Assembly (NCBI GenBank): GCA_965204535.1
Contig: CBDBEV010000001.1
Coordinates: 672,001-736,000 of the forward strand
Origin: a bacterium
Lineage (GTDB): Bacteria; UBA8248
Direction of reading: 5' to 3'
DNA length: 64,000 nt
Under the pieces are notes generated by a model that was given only the letters and a program-made list of their open reading frames with translations, did no database searches and was not told the origin of the DNA. The translations under genes were made by a program, and so were the position numbers. Position 1 is the first letter of the stretch, and each line of letters starts with the position of its first letter. This document shows positions 1-9,689 of this stretch, piece after piece.

Positions 1-538
1 TGCCCACGAAGAAGAGATAATGAACCCCCGAGGCGAGCGTCAGCCCACAGGTGATCAGGTAGGTGGACAACAGCACGACGTTCTGCTCCGCCGCCAGCGC
101 CGCCGCCAGAAGGGCGGCCCCCGCGGTGACCATCTGGGCGGTCGTCGTGGTTTTCCCCAGCATGGATGGAGACGGCGTCTGAAAGCCCACCGTCATGAAC
201 AGCATCAGGCAGCCGATGGACAGCAGCAAATCCCGGCTCACCACAGAGACGGCCAGCCAGATCGGGATTTGTCCGGAAATCCCCATCATCATATAGGCGG
301 TGAACATGAGCAGCTTGTCCGCAATGGGGTCGAGCATGGCGCCCAGTTCCGTCATCTCGCCGCGCCGTCTCGCGATATAGCCGTCAACGCCGTCCGCCAC
401 GCCCGCGATGATGAAGACGGCCAGGGCGATTCCCGGCTTCCTGTAGGCGAGACACATGACGAAAACGGGGATCAGGATAACCCGGACCAGCGTGATCTTG
501 GTCGCCAGCGTTAATCTGTTTGAAGCAGGTGCGCTCAT
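1..538 (-). CDS. pgsA: CDP-alcohol phosphatidyltransferase (PgsA-like), runs off the left window edge
   Basis: Manual translation from ATG at 538: MSAPASNRLTLATKITLVRVILIP...ADGVDGYIARRRGEMTELGAMLDPIADK, matching the DGxxAR...GxxxDxxxD motif. Not in the ORF track because there is no stop in the window. Confidence 0.8.
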   Translation of the reverse strand, partial: MSAPASNRLTLATKITLVRVILIPVFVMCLAYRKPGIALAVFIIAGVADGVDGYIARRRGEMTELGAMLDPIADKLLMFTAYMMMGISGQIPIWLAVSVVSRDLLLSIGCLMLFMTVGFQTPSPSMLGKTTTTAQMVTAGAALLAAALAAEQNVVLLSTYLITCGLTLASGVHYLFFVG

Positions 539-636
539 CGTTTAAGCGGCCTTTTCCTTCTCTTAAGTGTGTTGCCGCATCATAACACAGGAACCCCGCG
601 GTTTCCCTCGTCCGGTTTGCTCGTCGAGCGAGTGTT

Positions 637-1506
637 TCATGAAGAGGCGGGTTTCCCGGGTTCTCTCGCCTGCTGTTTCGCGGACCCTTTGCGCGCGGCG
701 CGTTTCGGGTTCGTCCTGGCCTTGGCCCAGCCCGTCCTGGAAGGGGGGCGCCTGGATGTGTTGGGAATGATGTTCGTCATCATTTTCAGCTTTTCGACCT
801 CATCGCGGGTGAGGGTCCTCACCTTGGCGCCGGGAAGACCCCTGGCCGTGATGCCCCCGTATGCGCGCCGGACGAGCTTGATGACGGGATGCCCCACGGC
901 CTCGCACATTTTCTTGACCTGGTGCTGCCTGCCCTCTCGGAGTTCGATTCTGAGCCAAGCGTTCTTCTCCGTCTTGCCCCGGACGATCCGCACGCCGGCC
1001 GGCTGGGCGTTTTTACCCCGCCCGCGCATCCACGACCCGTCCGCCATCCGGGCGAGGGCGATCTCGGAGGGCGTGCCCTTCACCTTCGCCTCATATACGC
1101 GGGGTATCCCGTATCTCGGGTGGGCGAGGCGGTTCGCCATCTCGCCGTCGTTGGTGAGTAGCAAGACGCCCTCGACGTCGAAGTCGAGCCTGCCGACGGG
1201 GAATACGCGCCGAAGGCCCTGGGGCAGCAGGTCCGCCACGGTGGGCCTGTCCTTCCCCTCCTCGTCGCGCATGGTGGTGAGCACGTTCTTCGGCTTGTTC
1301 AGCACGAGATAGACGGGCGGCTCCTTTTTGGTGATGAGCTTTCCGTTCACCTTGATGGCATCGGCCAGCGGATCCGCCTTGGCGCCCAGGGTGAGTACGC
1401 GCACTCCGTTCACCTGCACGCAGCCCTCAGTGATCAGGCGCTCCGCCTCCCGGCGCGAGGCGAGACCCGCCTGGGCGATGATTTTCTGGAGCCGGATAGC
1501 GGCCAT
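637..1506 (-). CDS. rluB: 23S rRNA pseudouridine synthase (RluB/RsuA family, S4 domain)
   Basis: IRLQKIIAQAGLASRREAE S4 domain, LNKP, VGRLDFDVEG catalytic Asp, EGRQHQVKKM; start taken at MAAIRLQK. Confidence 0.9.
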   Translation of the reverse strand: MAAIRLQKIIAQAGLASRREAERLITEGCVQVNGVRVLTLGAKADPLADAIKVNGKLITKKEPPVYLVLNKPKNVLTTMRDEEGKDRPTVADLLPQGLRRVFPVGRLDFDVEGVLLLTNDGEMANRLAHPRYGIPRVYEAKVKGTPSEIALARMADGSWMRGRGKNAQPAGVRIVRGKTEKNAWLRIELREGRQHQVKKMCEAVGHPVIKLVRRAYGGITARGLPGAKVRTLTRDEVEKLKMMTNIIPNTSRRPPSRTGWAKARTNPKRAARKGSAKQQAREPGKPASS

Positions 1507-1644
1507 TTTTTGTTTTTCTCCCTGGCCCGTTCTACGACAATTACAGGACACGCGATTATAGCCATTCGGGGCCGAACAGGGTAACCTGTCGCGCAAACGC
1601 ATGAACAGGGCGACATCTCACACTCTTTGCGAAGGAGGTCCGTT

Positions 1645-2754
1645 TTGCCGTCTTCTCAAACCATCATCAGCATGACGCCGGCGCACGTTTGCGTGCCGCT
1701 GGAGCGGCCGCTCAAGGTGGCCACGTTCGAGGTGCACGCCGTCGACACCTGCTGCGTCACCCTCCGCACGAAAGAGGGCTTGAAGGGCCACGGCTGGTGC
1801 TTCGCCTTCGGTCCGGAGCGCACCCGCGCGATGATAGCGATGGTGCGCGATCTGTTCGCCAATCTGCTGGGCAAGGACCCGGCGGACACGGATACGAACT
1901 GGGAGGCGATGCGCAAGGCGGTGAGTTTCGTGGGCCGCGACGGCATCAGCGCCCTGGCGATGTCCGCACTCGATACCGCCTGCTGGGACCTGGCGGCCCA
2001 GGCGGCGGGACAGCCGCTATGGAAATATCTCGGCGGCGAGAGGCGCGAGATTCCCTGCTACGCGAGCGAAGGACTCTGGCTGAACCTCTCGATAGACGAA
2101 CTCGTAGAAGAAGCCGCCGCCCTCAAGGCGCGCGGCTTCAGGGCCATGAAGCTCCGCGTGGGAGGCAGGGTGGATGATGACGTAGAGCGGATTCGCGCCG
2201 TGCGCGAGGTGATAGGCGATGAGGTCGCGCTCATGGTGGACGCCAACCAGGCCTGGGACGTGGAAACCGCGATAAGCGCGTGCAGGGCGTTCGAGCCCTT
2301 CGGCCTCTACTGGGTGGAGGAGCCGGTCGATCACGAAGACATCAGGGGGTGTGCTGAGGTCGCGGAGGCCAGCAGCATCCCCATCTGCACCGGGGAGACG
2401 AACTACAACCCGCGCGGGATGCGGCATCTGCTCGTGGCGGGCGCGGCCGATATTCTCATGCCCGACCTCGAGCGCTGCTCCGGCGTCACGGGCTGGCGCC
2501 GCGCGGCGGCGATGGCGAAGGAATTCGGAAAGCCGGTGACCCCGCACCTGTTCCACGAGGTATCGGCGCATCTTCTGAGCGCTGAGGAACACGGCGTCTG
2601 GTGCGAGCACATGCCCTGGTGGGAGTGCATCATCGAGGAGCCGATGGCGTTTCAGGACGGGAATCTGGTGCTCACCGACAAGCCCGGACTCGGGCTGGAA
2701 TGGAAAGAAGAGGCGCTCCGGGAGTTCGCGCCGCCCGCTGGAGGGTCTCTGTAG
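1645..2754 (+). CDS. mandelate racemase/muconate lactonizing enzyme family (enolase superfamily)
   Basis: ALDTACWDL, KLRVG, MVDANQ, WVEEP, TGE, PH motifs; TTG start behind an AGGAGG RBS. Confidence 0.88.
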   Translation: MPSSQTIISMTPAHVCVPLERPLKVATFEVHAVDTCCVTLRTKEGLKGHGWCFAFGPERTRAMIAMVRDLFANLLGKDPADTDTNWEAMRKAVSFVGRDGISALAMSALDTACWDLAAQAAGQPLWKYLGGERREIPCYASEGLWLNLSIDELVEEAAALKARGFRAMKLRVGGRVDDDVERIRAVREVIGDEVALMVDANQAWDVETAISACRAFEPFGLYWVEEPVDHEDIRGCAEVAEASSIPICTGETNYNPRGMRHLLVAGAADILMPDLERCSGVTGWRRAAAMAKEFGKPVTPHLFHEVSAHLLSAEEHGVWCEHMPWWECIIEEPMAFQDGNLVLTDKPGLGLEWKEEALREFAPPAGGSL

Positions 2755-4088
2755 TGGGAGGGACGCTCCTGCGCGGGGGGAGCATCCTCACGCTCGACCC
2801 CGTACTCGGCGATATTGAAGGCGGCGACCTGCTCATCGAGGACGATGAGATAAGAGACGTCGGCCGGAGCGTCCATGCGCCCGAGGCCGAGGAGGTGGAT
2901 GCGAGCGATTTCATCGTCATGCCCGGTTTCGTGAACGCCCACCAGCATACATGGCAGACGGGCATCCGCGGGGTGGCGGGCGACTGGACGCTGGTGGAGT
3001 ACATCCGGCAGATGCACGAGGGTTTCGGCCCGAGGTTCGGGCCTGAGGATATTTATCTCGCGAACCTCGTCGGCGCGCTCAACCAGCTAAGCGGCGGCGT
3101 CACGACGCTGTTCGACTGGTGTCACAACAACCCCACGCCCGAGCATACCGATGCGGGCCTCGACGGCCTGGAGGAAGCGGGGGTTCGCGCCGTTTTCGGC
3201 CACGGAACGCCCAAGCCCAGGATTGCGGAGGGCGAGACGCCGCTCAGCCACAGGCCGCATCCACCAGAGGAAGTCAGACGCCTGCGCTCGGGGCGGCTGG
3301 CTTCGGATGGCGGTCTCATCAAACTGGCCCTGGCCACGAGAGGCCCCGATCTCTCTACGCTCGAGATGTGTGTGCACGATATCTGCCTGGCCCGCGAATA
3401 CGATCTGCTCTGGAGCGCGCACATCGGCGGCGGGTTCCACCGGGTGACGCCCGACGGGATACGGCGGTTGGCGCGCAAGGGGCTTCTGGGGCCCGATTTC
3501 AACGCCGTGCACGCGAACCAGTTGAGCGGGGAGGAGTTGCGGATACTCGTCGATTCGGGCTGCTCGCTTACCTCCTGCCCCGAGGTGGAGATGCAGATGG
3601 GCCACGGCGAGCCCGTCATCGGGCGCGTGCTGGCGCTGGGCGGCAGGCCGACGCTGGGGATCGACGTGGAATCGAACATCAGCGGCGACATGTTCACCAT
3701 GATGCGGGCGGGGCTCCAGTTCGCCCGCGCGCAGGAGAACCAGAAGGTGCTCGACGGGCGAACCTCCCCGGCGCAAATCGCGGTTCCGGCGAGGCGCGCG
3801 CTGGAGTGGGCGACGATAGACGGCGCCAACGCCCTGGGGCTCGGGTACAAGGCGGGCACGCTCAAGCCCGGCAAGCAGGCGGACGTCGTCCTGATCAGAA
3901 AGAGCGACCTGAACCTCTTCCCCGTGAACGACCCGCTCGAAACGGTCGTCTTTCAGGCGTCGTTCGCCAACGTGGACACGGTGTTCGTGGCCGGAAAGGT
4001 CGTGAAGAAAAACGGTGAACTGCTCTACCCCCGCCTGCGGGAGAAGATGGAGGCGTTGGCGGAATCGGGGAGGAGATTGCTACACTAG
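2754..4088 (+). CDS. amidohydrolase (TRZ/ATZ/cytosine deaminase-like)
   Basis: MPGFVNAHQH metal motif, LGID, WATIDGANALG, GTLKPGKQADVV; start approximate. Confidence 0.85.
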   Translation: MGGTLLRGGSILTLDPVLGDIEGGDLLIEDDEIRDVGRSVHAPEAEEVDASDFIVMPGFVNAHQHTWQTGIRGVAGDWTLVEYIRQMHEGFGPRFGPEDIYLANLVGALNQLSGGVTTLFDWCHNNPTPEHTDAGLDGLEEAGVRAVFGHGTPKPRIAEGETPLSHRPHPPEEVRRLRSGRLASDGGLIKLALATRGPDLSTLEMCVHDICLAREYDLLWSAHIGGGFHRVTPDGIRRLARKGLLGPDFNAVHANQLSGEELRILVDSGCSLTSCPEVEMQMGHGEPVIGRVLALGGRPTLGIDVESNISGDMFTMMRAGLQFARAQENQKVLDGRTSPAQIAVPARRALEWATIDGANALGLGYKAGTLKPGKQADVVLIRKSDLNLFPVNDPLETVVFQASFANVDTVFVAGKVVKKNGELLYPRLREKMEALAESGRRLLH

Positions 4089-4141
4089 CGCGCTCATCGT
4101 CATATACCGGTATTCATACACATCAATTATGGAGAGAGAAC

Positions 4142-4882
4142 ATGAGACTGGCGTTTTATTCCGACATTCATGCCCAACTCGCACCTCTGGACGCCGTTCT
4201 GGCGGAAGTCGACAAGCACGACGTGCACTGGGAGATCGTCCCCGGCGATCACGTCATGGGAGGACCCGAGCCGGGTGAGGTGGTGGATCGCCTCCGCTCC
4301 CGGAAAAACTGCCTGCCCATACTGGGGAACTTCGACCGCTGGGTCATCGACCACGTGGATGAGGGGGAAAACGATTTTCCCGCGAGAAACGAGAGTTCGC
4401 GCCTGACGCGCGAGCACCTGACGGATGAGCAACTCGACTGGCTCCGGGGGCTGCCCCGCGAGATGACGATTACGCCAGAACCCGGACACGATCTGCGCAT
4501 CTTCCACGGCTCGCCGGGGAACGACGAGGGCGCGCTTCCGCTCAGGCTTACCGACGACGAGATACTCGAACGACTCGCGGGCGAGAAATCTGAAGTCGTG
4601 GCCTTCGGGCAGTGCCACGGCCCCTACATCCGCCAGGTCGGGAACCAGACGCTCGTGTGCTCCGCTTCCGCCGCGGTGAACTGGGACGGGGACAACCGCC
4701 CCGCCTACGTCCTCCTCGAATACCAGGGGGGCGGGAACTGGGAAGGGGAGGTTCACCGCGTCGAGTATGATTTCGAAGAACAGGCGCGCAAGAACGAGGA
4801 GAGTTGGGACCCCGGCGGGGACAAGCAGGCCCACACGATTCGCACGGGCGAGTTCTGGAACCCCGCCCACATGCCTCACTAA
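4142..4882 (+). CDS. calcineurin-like metallophosphoesterase (YfcE-like)
   Basis: SDIH, GD, GNFD, HGSP motifs and RVEYD C-terminal motif. Confidence 0.8.
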   Translation: MRLAFYSDIHAQLAPLDAVLAEVDKHDVHWEIVPGDHVMGGPEPGEVVDRLRSRKNCLPILGNFDRWVIDHVDEGENDFPARNESSRLTREHLTDEQLDWLRGLPREMTITPEPGHDLRIFHGSPGNDEGALPLRLTDDEILERLAGEKSEVVAFGQCHGPYIRQVGNQTLVCSASAAVNWDGDNRPAYVLLEYQGGGNWEGEVHRVEYDFEEQARKNEESWDPGGDKQAHTIRTGEFWNPAHMPH

Positions 4883-4883
4883 A

Positions 4884-5343
4884 GGGGGCTGTTGAGAAAG
4901 CCTTTGTCCGACTTTCGAGATCGTTCGCCGTAGGGACAGGTCGCGACCTGTCCGTACAAGAGGTGATGTGGTTTTGTTCGTCATTCCGGCGCATGCCGGA
5001 ATCCAGGCGGACGGGAATGGAAGAAGGCGAAAATCCGGCGCCCGACAGGGACGGCAGGTTTCCCTCCCCCCTGTATTCGCATCGGCTCTGGATTCCGGCA
5101 TGCGCCGGAATGACGGCAATCCCGGTATCACAGGGTTTTTCAACAGCCCCTTGAGGGTCTGGCTTTCCGAGTGGAAAGCCAGACGGTTAGGGGAGTTTTT
5201 TCTGTGGCATATCCCCCCACCGAATCGGCCTTCGTCAAGGCTCGGCCTCTTCGACTCCCCCTCAAGGGGGGAGTGGATTTGAAATTCTCGTCCGTGGAGA
5301 GCGGTCTCCGTTGGGGTCGTATACCGGCTTTTTCAACAACCCT
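4884..5343. repeat. mosaic of palindromic repeats: GTAG-type REP (4930-4957), inverted CGTC-type doublet (4979-5006/5088-5115), CCCCCTCAAGGGGG element, IS-like ends
   Basis: gtagggacaggtcgcgacctgtccgtac; cgtcattccggcgcatgccggaatccag with its exact reverse complement; ggggctgttgagaaag...tttttcaacagcccc imperfect terminal IR. Confidence 0.85.
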
Positions 5344-5618
5344 CATACGGCGGGGACTGCGTAGACGGGGACTTTCTCTCTCCTTTTTTTCGGGACGGTT
5401 TCATTTTTCCCGGAAAATACCGGCTTTCCCGAATGAAGGCGGAGCGTATTTTGTGGCATGTTTTCAAAGTTGGGGGTATCATCTATTATAGAGAAGGAAG
5501 AATCCGGTGCATTGATAGTGGCATGACATCGGTGGCCGGCGATTTATTGATATGATGTAGACGAAGAAATTTCAAATTCTGTCCGATTCCCGTTGAACAC
5601 TGCCTGGAGGGCCAGAAA

Positions 5619-7037
5619 ATGAACAAACCTTCTTCAGAGAATCCCGTTCCTGCCGAGGCGGGGACGCCAAAAGCCCAGAACGGCGGTCCGAACGGCCAGA
5701 ACCTGTTGTCCATCGATCCGCCTCGCTACAAGCCCATCGTGGTCCAGCAGATAGACAAAGTCCCCGAGTTGCAGAGTCTCCCCGAGGACATACGCTTCAG
5801 CATGAAGGTGGTGGGGCACGTGCTGCCCTTCCGCACGAACCGCTACATGGTGGAAAACCTCATCGACTGGGACAACGTGCCCGAGGATCCCCTGTTCCAG
5901 CTCTCTTTTCCCCAGGAGGGGATGATCTCGAAAGAAGATTTCGATTCCGTGGCGGCTCTCTTGAAGCGGGACGCGCCCAAGGAGCAACTCAACGCCGCCA
6001 TCCACGAGATCAGGGCCGGCCTGAACCCCCACCCCGCCGGACAGCAGACGCTGAACGTGCCCGTCCTCGACGAGGAGCATGTCGAAGGCATGCAGCACAA
6101 ATACCATGAGACGGTGCTCTTCTTCCCCGGTCAGGGACAGACCTGCCACGCCTACTGCACATTCTGTTTCCGCTGGGCGCAGTTCGTGGGCGACAAGGAG
6201 CTTCGCTTCATCTCCACGGACGCGGACATCCTGCACAGGTATCTCGCCGAGCACAAGGAGGTGACGGACGTCCTCTTCACGGGCGGCGATCCCTTGATCA
6301 TGAAGACCAAGGCGCTCGAGGGCTACATGCAGCCCCTGCTGGACGATTCGCGCTTCGCGCACATCCGCGACATCCGCATCGGCTCGAAGGCGCTGACCTT
6401 CTGGCCGTATCGCTTCACCACGGACGCCGACGCGGACGATCTGCTGCGTCTATTCGAGAAGATGGTGGAAGGCGGCAAGCACATCGCCATCATGGCGCAC
6501 TTCAATCACGAGCGTGAAGTCCAGACCCCGATGGCGCGCGAGGCTATCAGAAGGGTGCGGGATACGGGCGCCGTCATCAGGACGCAGGCGCCGCTTCTCA
6601 AGCACATCAACGACGACGCCGATATGTGGGCGCGCATGTGGAAGGAGCAGGTGCGGCTGGGCCTGATACCCTATTACATGTTCGTGGAAAGGGACACGGG
6701 CGCCAAGCGCTACTTCGAGCTGCCCCTGGTGGAAGCGCACGCGATCTACCGGAAGGCGTACTCCCAGGTTTCCGGTCTGGCGCGCACCGCGCGGGGTCCC
6801 TCGATGAGCGCGGCGCCCGGCAAGGTGCAGGTACTGGGAATCGAGGAGGTCCGCGGCGAGCGCATCATCGCGCTTCAGTTCCTCCAGGCGAGAAACCCCG
6901 AGTGGCTGGGCCGCGTCTTCTTCGCCGAGTACGACGAAAACGCCACCTGGCTCACCGGCCTCAAGCCGGCCTTTGGAGAGAAGGAGTTCTTCTACGAGGC
7001 GGACTTCGAGGCGATGAAGCAGCGCCTCGCGAGCTAG
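5619..7037 (+). CDS. KamA-family radical SAM aminomutase-like protein
   Basis: HKYHETVL, CHAYCTFCFR (CxxxCxxC), LFTGGDPL, HFNH, QAPLL, PYY, PGK. Confidence 0.85.
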   Translation: MNKPSSENPVPAEAGTPKAQNGGPNGQNLLSIDPPRYKPIVVQQIDKVPELQSLPEDIRFSMKVVGHVLPFRTNRYMVENLIDWDNVPEDPLFQLSFPQEGMISKEDFDSVAALLKRDAPKEQLNAAIHEIRAGLNPHPAGQQTLNVPVLDEEHVEGMQHKYHETVLFFPGQGQTCHAYCTFCFRWAQFVGDKELRFISTDADILHRYLAEHKEVTDVLFTGGDPLIMKTKALEGYMQPLLDDSRFAHIRDIRIGSKALTFWPYRFTTDADADDLLRLFEKMVEGGKHIAIMAHFNHEREVQTPMAREAIRRVRDTGAVIRTQAPLLKHINDDADMWARMWKEQVRLGLIPYYMFVERDTGAKRYFELPLVEAHAIYRKAYSQVSGLARTARGPSMSAAPGKVQVLGIEEVRGERIIALQFLQARNPEWLGRVFFAEYDENATWLTGLKPAFGEKEFFYEADFEAMKQRLAS

Positions 7038-7065
7038 GAGCGCCGAGTCTTTACGCTGCGCATGG

Positions 7066-7533
7066 TTACTTCTTCGCCATGCGCAGCACCTCGTCGAATT
7101 CCTTTCTGGTCACGGGCTGGACGCTCAGGCGCTGGCCTCGCTGGGTGACGCGCATCTCGGCGAGCCTGGGATTTTCTTTCAGTTCGTTGAGCGAGACGGG
7201 CCGGGGGAGTTTTTCCATCGCCTGCAGGTCGACCATGTGCCAGCGGGGGGCGTCGGCGGGGGCTTTCGGGTCGTAGTATTTGGATTTCTTGTCGTATTGG
7301 GTGTGGTCAGGGTACGATTCCCGCGCCACCCGCGCGGTGCCCGCCACGTGGGGCGGTTTCGCGTTCGAGTGATAGAAGAGAACGTAGTCGTCCACCTTCA
7401 TCTCCATCATGAAATTTCTGGCCTGATAGTTTCGGATGCCGTCCCAGCAGGCGGTCTGCTCGGGCTCCGCCATCAGGTCGTCGAACGAGTATGCGTCCGG
7501 TTCGCTCTTCATGAGCCAGTATTTTCGGGCCAT
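7066..7533 (-). CDS. EVE domain protein
   Basis: YWLMKSEP, WDGIRNYQARNF, FYHSN, RLSVQPV. Confidence 0.95.
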   Translation of the reverse strand: MARKYWLMKSEPDAYSFDDLMAEPEQTACWDGIRNYQARNFMMEMKVDDYVLFYHSNAKPPHVAGTARVARESYPDHTQYDKKSKYYDPKAPADAPRWHMVDLQAMEKLPRPVSLNELKENPRLAEMRVTQRGQRLSVQPVTRKEFDEVLRMAKK

Positions 7534-7628
7534 CGGAAGCGTATCTCCATGGTTGGCGTGGATGAATTCAGGATTATGGTGAGCCTACCACGTCGCGGTT
7601 GATGGTGAAATATGGGTGAGCGGCGCGC

Positions 7629-8573
7629 TCAGGATGCCGGCTTCACCTCGCCCGCGATTTGGAGGTCGGCGAGTTTCAGGGTGTGCGAGATGAAATCGTT
7701 GCACGGCGTCTCGACGCCCACCTCCGCCCCGATGCGCGAGACCGTTCCGCACAGCGCATCGATCTCGAGGCGTCTGCCCGCTTCGAGGTCATGGCACAGG
7801 CTGCCCTTGCTGGCCGGGTTCTGCTCGTCGATGAAGCGGTAGCGATCCTCGTCCGCGCCCTCGGGGAGGTTCACGCCCTTCGCCCTGCCCACGAGGTAGA
7901 CCTCGCGCATCGTCTCGCGCATCATGTTTTTCGTGCCCTCGTAGGCCATGATTTCGCCGAGGGTGGAGCGCGTGAGCGCCGTCACCCCGCCGACCGCGCA
8001 GATGAAGATGAACTTCGTCCAAAGCTCCGCTTCGATGTCTTCTGAATATACCGCGTTGATTTCCGCGTCTTTCAGCTCGGCGAGTATCGCATCGCCGCGC
8101 GCGCTCGCGCCGCCGCCCGTTTCGCCGAAGACCAGCCGCCTCGGCCCCCCGATTTGCCGGATGAGGCCCGGCGCCGCGATGGAGGTGAATATATAGGCCG
8201 CGCCGCCCATCACGCGTTCAGCACCATAGACGGCCGCGAGTTTCTCTTCGCCCGCCACGCCGTTTTGCAGGTTGATGATGACGGTGTCCGGGCCGACCAT
8301 GGGTGCGATGGCGGGAACGGCTGCGTCGTCGGCGGTCGTCTTCACGCAGTAGAGGATGACGTCGCATACGCCCGCCTCTGCCGGAGAATCCGTAAGCACC
8401 CCATCGCGCACGCTGAATTCTCCGGGCGCGACGCTCTCCACGCGGAGCCCCTCTTTCCGCATGGCTTCCAGGTGTTCTCCGCGCGCGATGAAGGCGACGT
8501 CCTTGCCGCCCCTCGCCAGCATGGCGCCGAAATAGCCGCCCACGCCTCCTGTCGCCATGATGCCGAAACGCAT
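7629..8573 (-). CDS. panE: 2-dehydropantoate 2-reductase (ApbA/PanE family)
   Basis: TGGVGGYFG, VK, LQNG, WTKF, SLCHDLEAGRRLEID. Confidence 0.85.
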   Translation of the reverse strand: MRFGIMATGGVGGYFGAMLARGGKDVAFIARGEHLEAMRKEGLRVESVAPGEFSVRDGVLTDSPAEAGVCDVILYCVKTTADDAAVPAIAPMVGPDTVIINLQNGVAGEEKLAAVYGAERVMGGAAYIFTSIAAPGLIRQIGGPRRLVFGETGGGASARGDAILAELKDAEINAVYSEDIEAELWTKFIFICAVGGVTALTRSTLGEIMAYEGTKNMMRETMREVYLVGRAKGVNLPEGADEDRYRFIDEQNPASKGSLCHDLEAGRRLEIDALCGTVSRIGAEVGVETPCNDFISHTLKLADLQIAGEVKPAS

Positions 8574-8615
8574 GTTCCATCCTTCCCGGAAAGACGCGGT
8601 TCCCGCCGTGCACGG

Positions 8616-8654
8616 AAAAAAGAAAAGGAGGAAAGCCCAAGCTCTCCTCCTTTT
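8616..8654 (-). terminator. putative intrinsic terminator after scpB
   Basis: aaaaggagga...tcctcctttt stem followed by a T-run on the minus strand. Confidence 0.5.
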
Positions 8655-8681
8655 GGTTGTACCAGAACCTCGGGGTTTTCG

Positions 8682-9689
8682 TCAGGAGGCGGTATCCATT
8701 TTCTTTTCCGGTTCTTGGGGCGTCGTCGTTTCCGCGGACATCTCTCCTTGCTCCGTGCTCTCGTGCGCGTGACCGTTGGAATGACCGTTAGCGCCGTTTG
8801 TATGGCCGTTTGAACCGTTTGCGTGGCCGTTCGACCCCGTCGCCTGCTCTTCGGCGTCCAGAGAGATGATCTCCTCTTGACCGCCCACAGGCCCCAAGTC
8901 GAGGTCTTCGGTTGCCTCGAACTCCTCGGGTTTCGGCATGTCCGAGAGGCTCTTGAAGCCGAAATGCTCCAGGAACAGGGGCGTGGTGCCGTAGACGATG
9001 GGCCGGCCCACGACGTCACGCCGCCCGAGGATGCGGATGAGGCCGCGCTCGAGCAGGGTGTGCAGCACGCCGCCGCAATCCACCCGCCTGATCTCCTCGA
9101 TCTCCGCTTTGGTGATGGGCTGCTTGTAGGCCAGTATGGCCAGGGTTTCGAGCGCCGCCTGGGAGAGCTTGGTTTTTCTCTCCCTCTTGGAGAAGCGCTT
9201 CACCCAGGGGGAGAACTCCGCCCGCGTGCAAAGGCGAAAGCCCTCGGCCACTTCGATGATCTGCAGGGTCTTGTCGCCATATTCCTCGACCAGCTCGCCC
9301 AGGAGTTTTCGGACGACCTTGACGTTCACGTTGGAGACGCCCTTGAACAGAAAAGAAATATCCCGGGGCCGGAGCGGCTCGCTCGCGACGAAGAGAATGG
9401 ATTCGACAATCTTTTTCGCCTCATCCAGGTCCATGACGAGCGGCGCGTCCTTGTCGATTTCTCCGGCTTCCTCCGCATCGGGCGCCTCTTCGGCCATCCC
9501 GGCTTGTTCCTCCGGCTCCTCGATCTCGAAGAGCGTCTCCTGGCGAGGCTCCTCCATGGCTTCCAGCTGATGTTCCGCCAGCGCCCTGGCCGCGGCGTCC
9601 GGGGACGACGCTCCATCCTCGGCGAGCTCGAAGGGAACTTCCGTTTCCGCCCGCGCTGTTTCTTGATTTTCCGTTTGGGGGTCATTCAT
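8682..9689 (-). CDS. scpB: SMC-Scp complex subunit ScpB with acidic extensions
   Basis: ESILF, LSQAALETLAILAYKQPITKAEIEEIR, GRPIVYGTT..FL. Confidence 0.95.
   Translation of the reverse strand: MNDPQTENQETARAETEVPFELAEDGASSPDAAARALAEHQLEAMEEPRQETLFEIEEPEEQAGMAEEAPDAEEAGEIDKDAPLVMDLDEAKKIVESILFVASEPLRPRDISFLFKGVSNVNVKVVRKLLGELVEEYGDKTLQIIEVAEGFRLCTRAEFSPWVKRFSKRERKTKLSQAALETLAILAYKQPITKAEIEEIRRVDCGGVLHTLLERGLIRILGRRDVVGRPIVYGTTPLFLEHFGFKSLSDMPKPEEFEATEDLDLGPVGGQEEIISLDAEEQATGSNGHANGSNGHTNGANGHSNGHAHESTEQGEMSAETTTPQEPEKKMDTAS

Noticed and set aside
4884-5343. CRISPR array or ncRNA in the palindromic clusters (also 15.9, 28.7, 33.6, 46.1 and 48.0 kb)
   Set aside because: No regularly spaced identical direct repeats with unique spacers, and no cas genes.
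4127-5491. ORFs spanning repeat clusters (e.g. 4127..5143, 4968..5282, 15902..16421, 45984..46491, 47824..48539)
   Set aside because: They are translations of palindromic repeats or antisense shadows of real genes, with no protein motifs.
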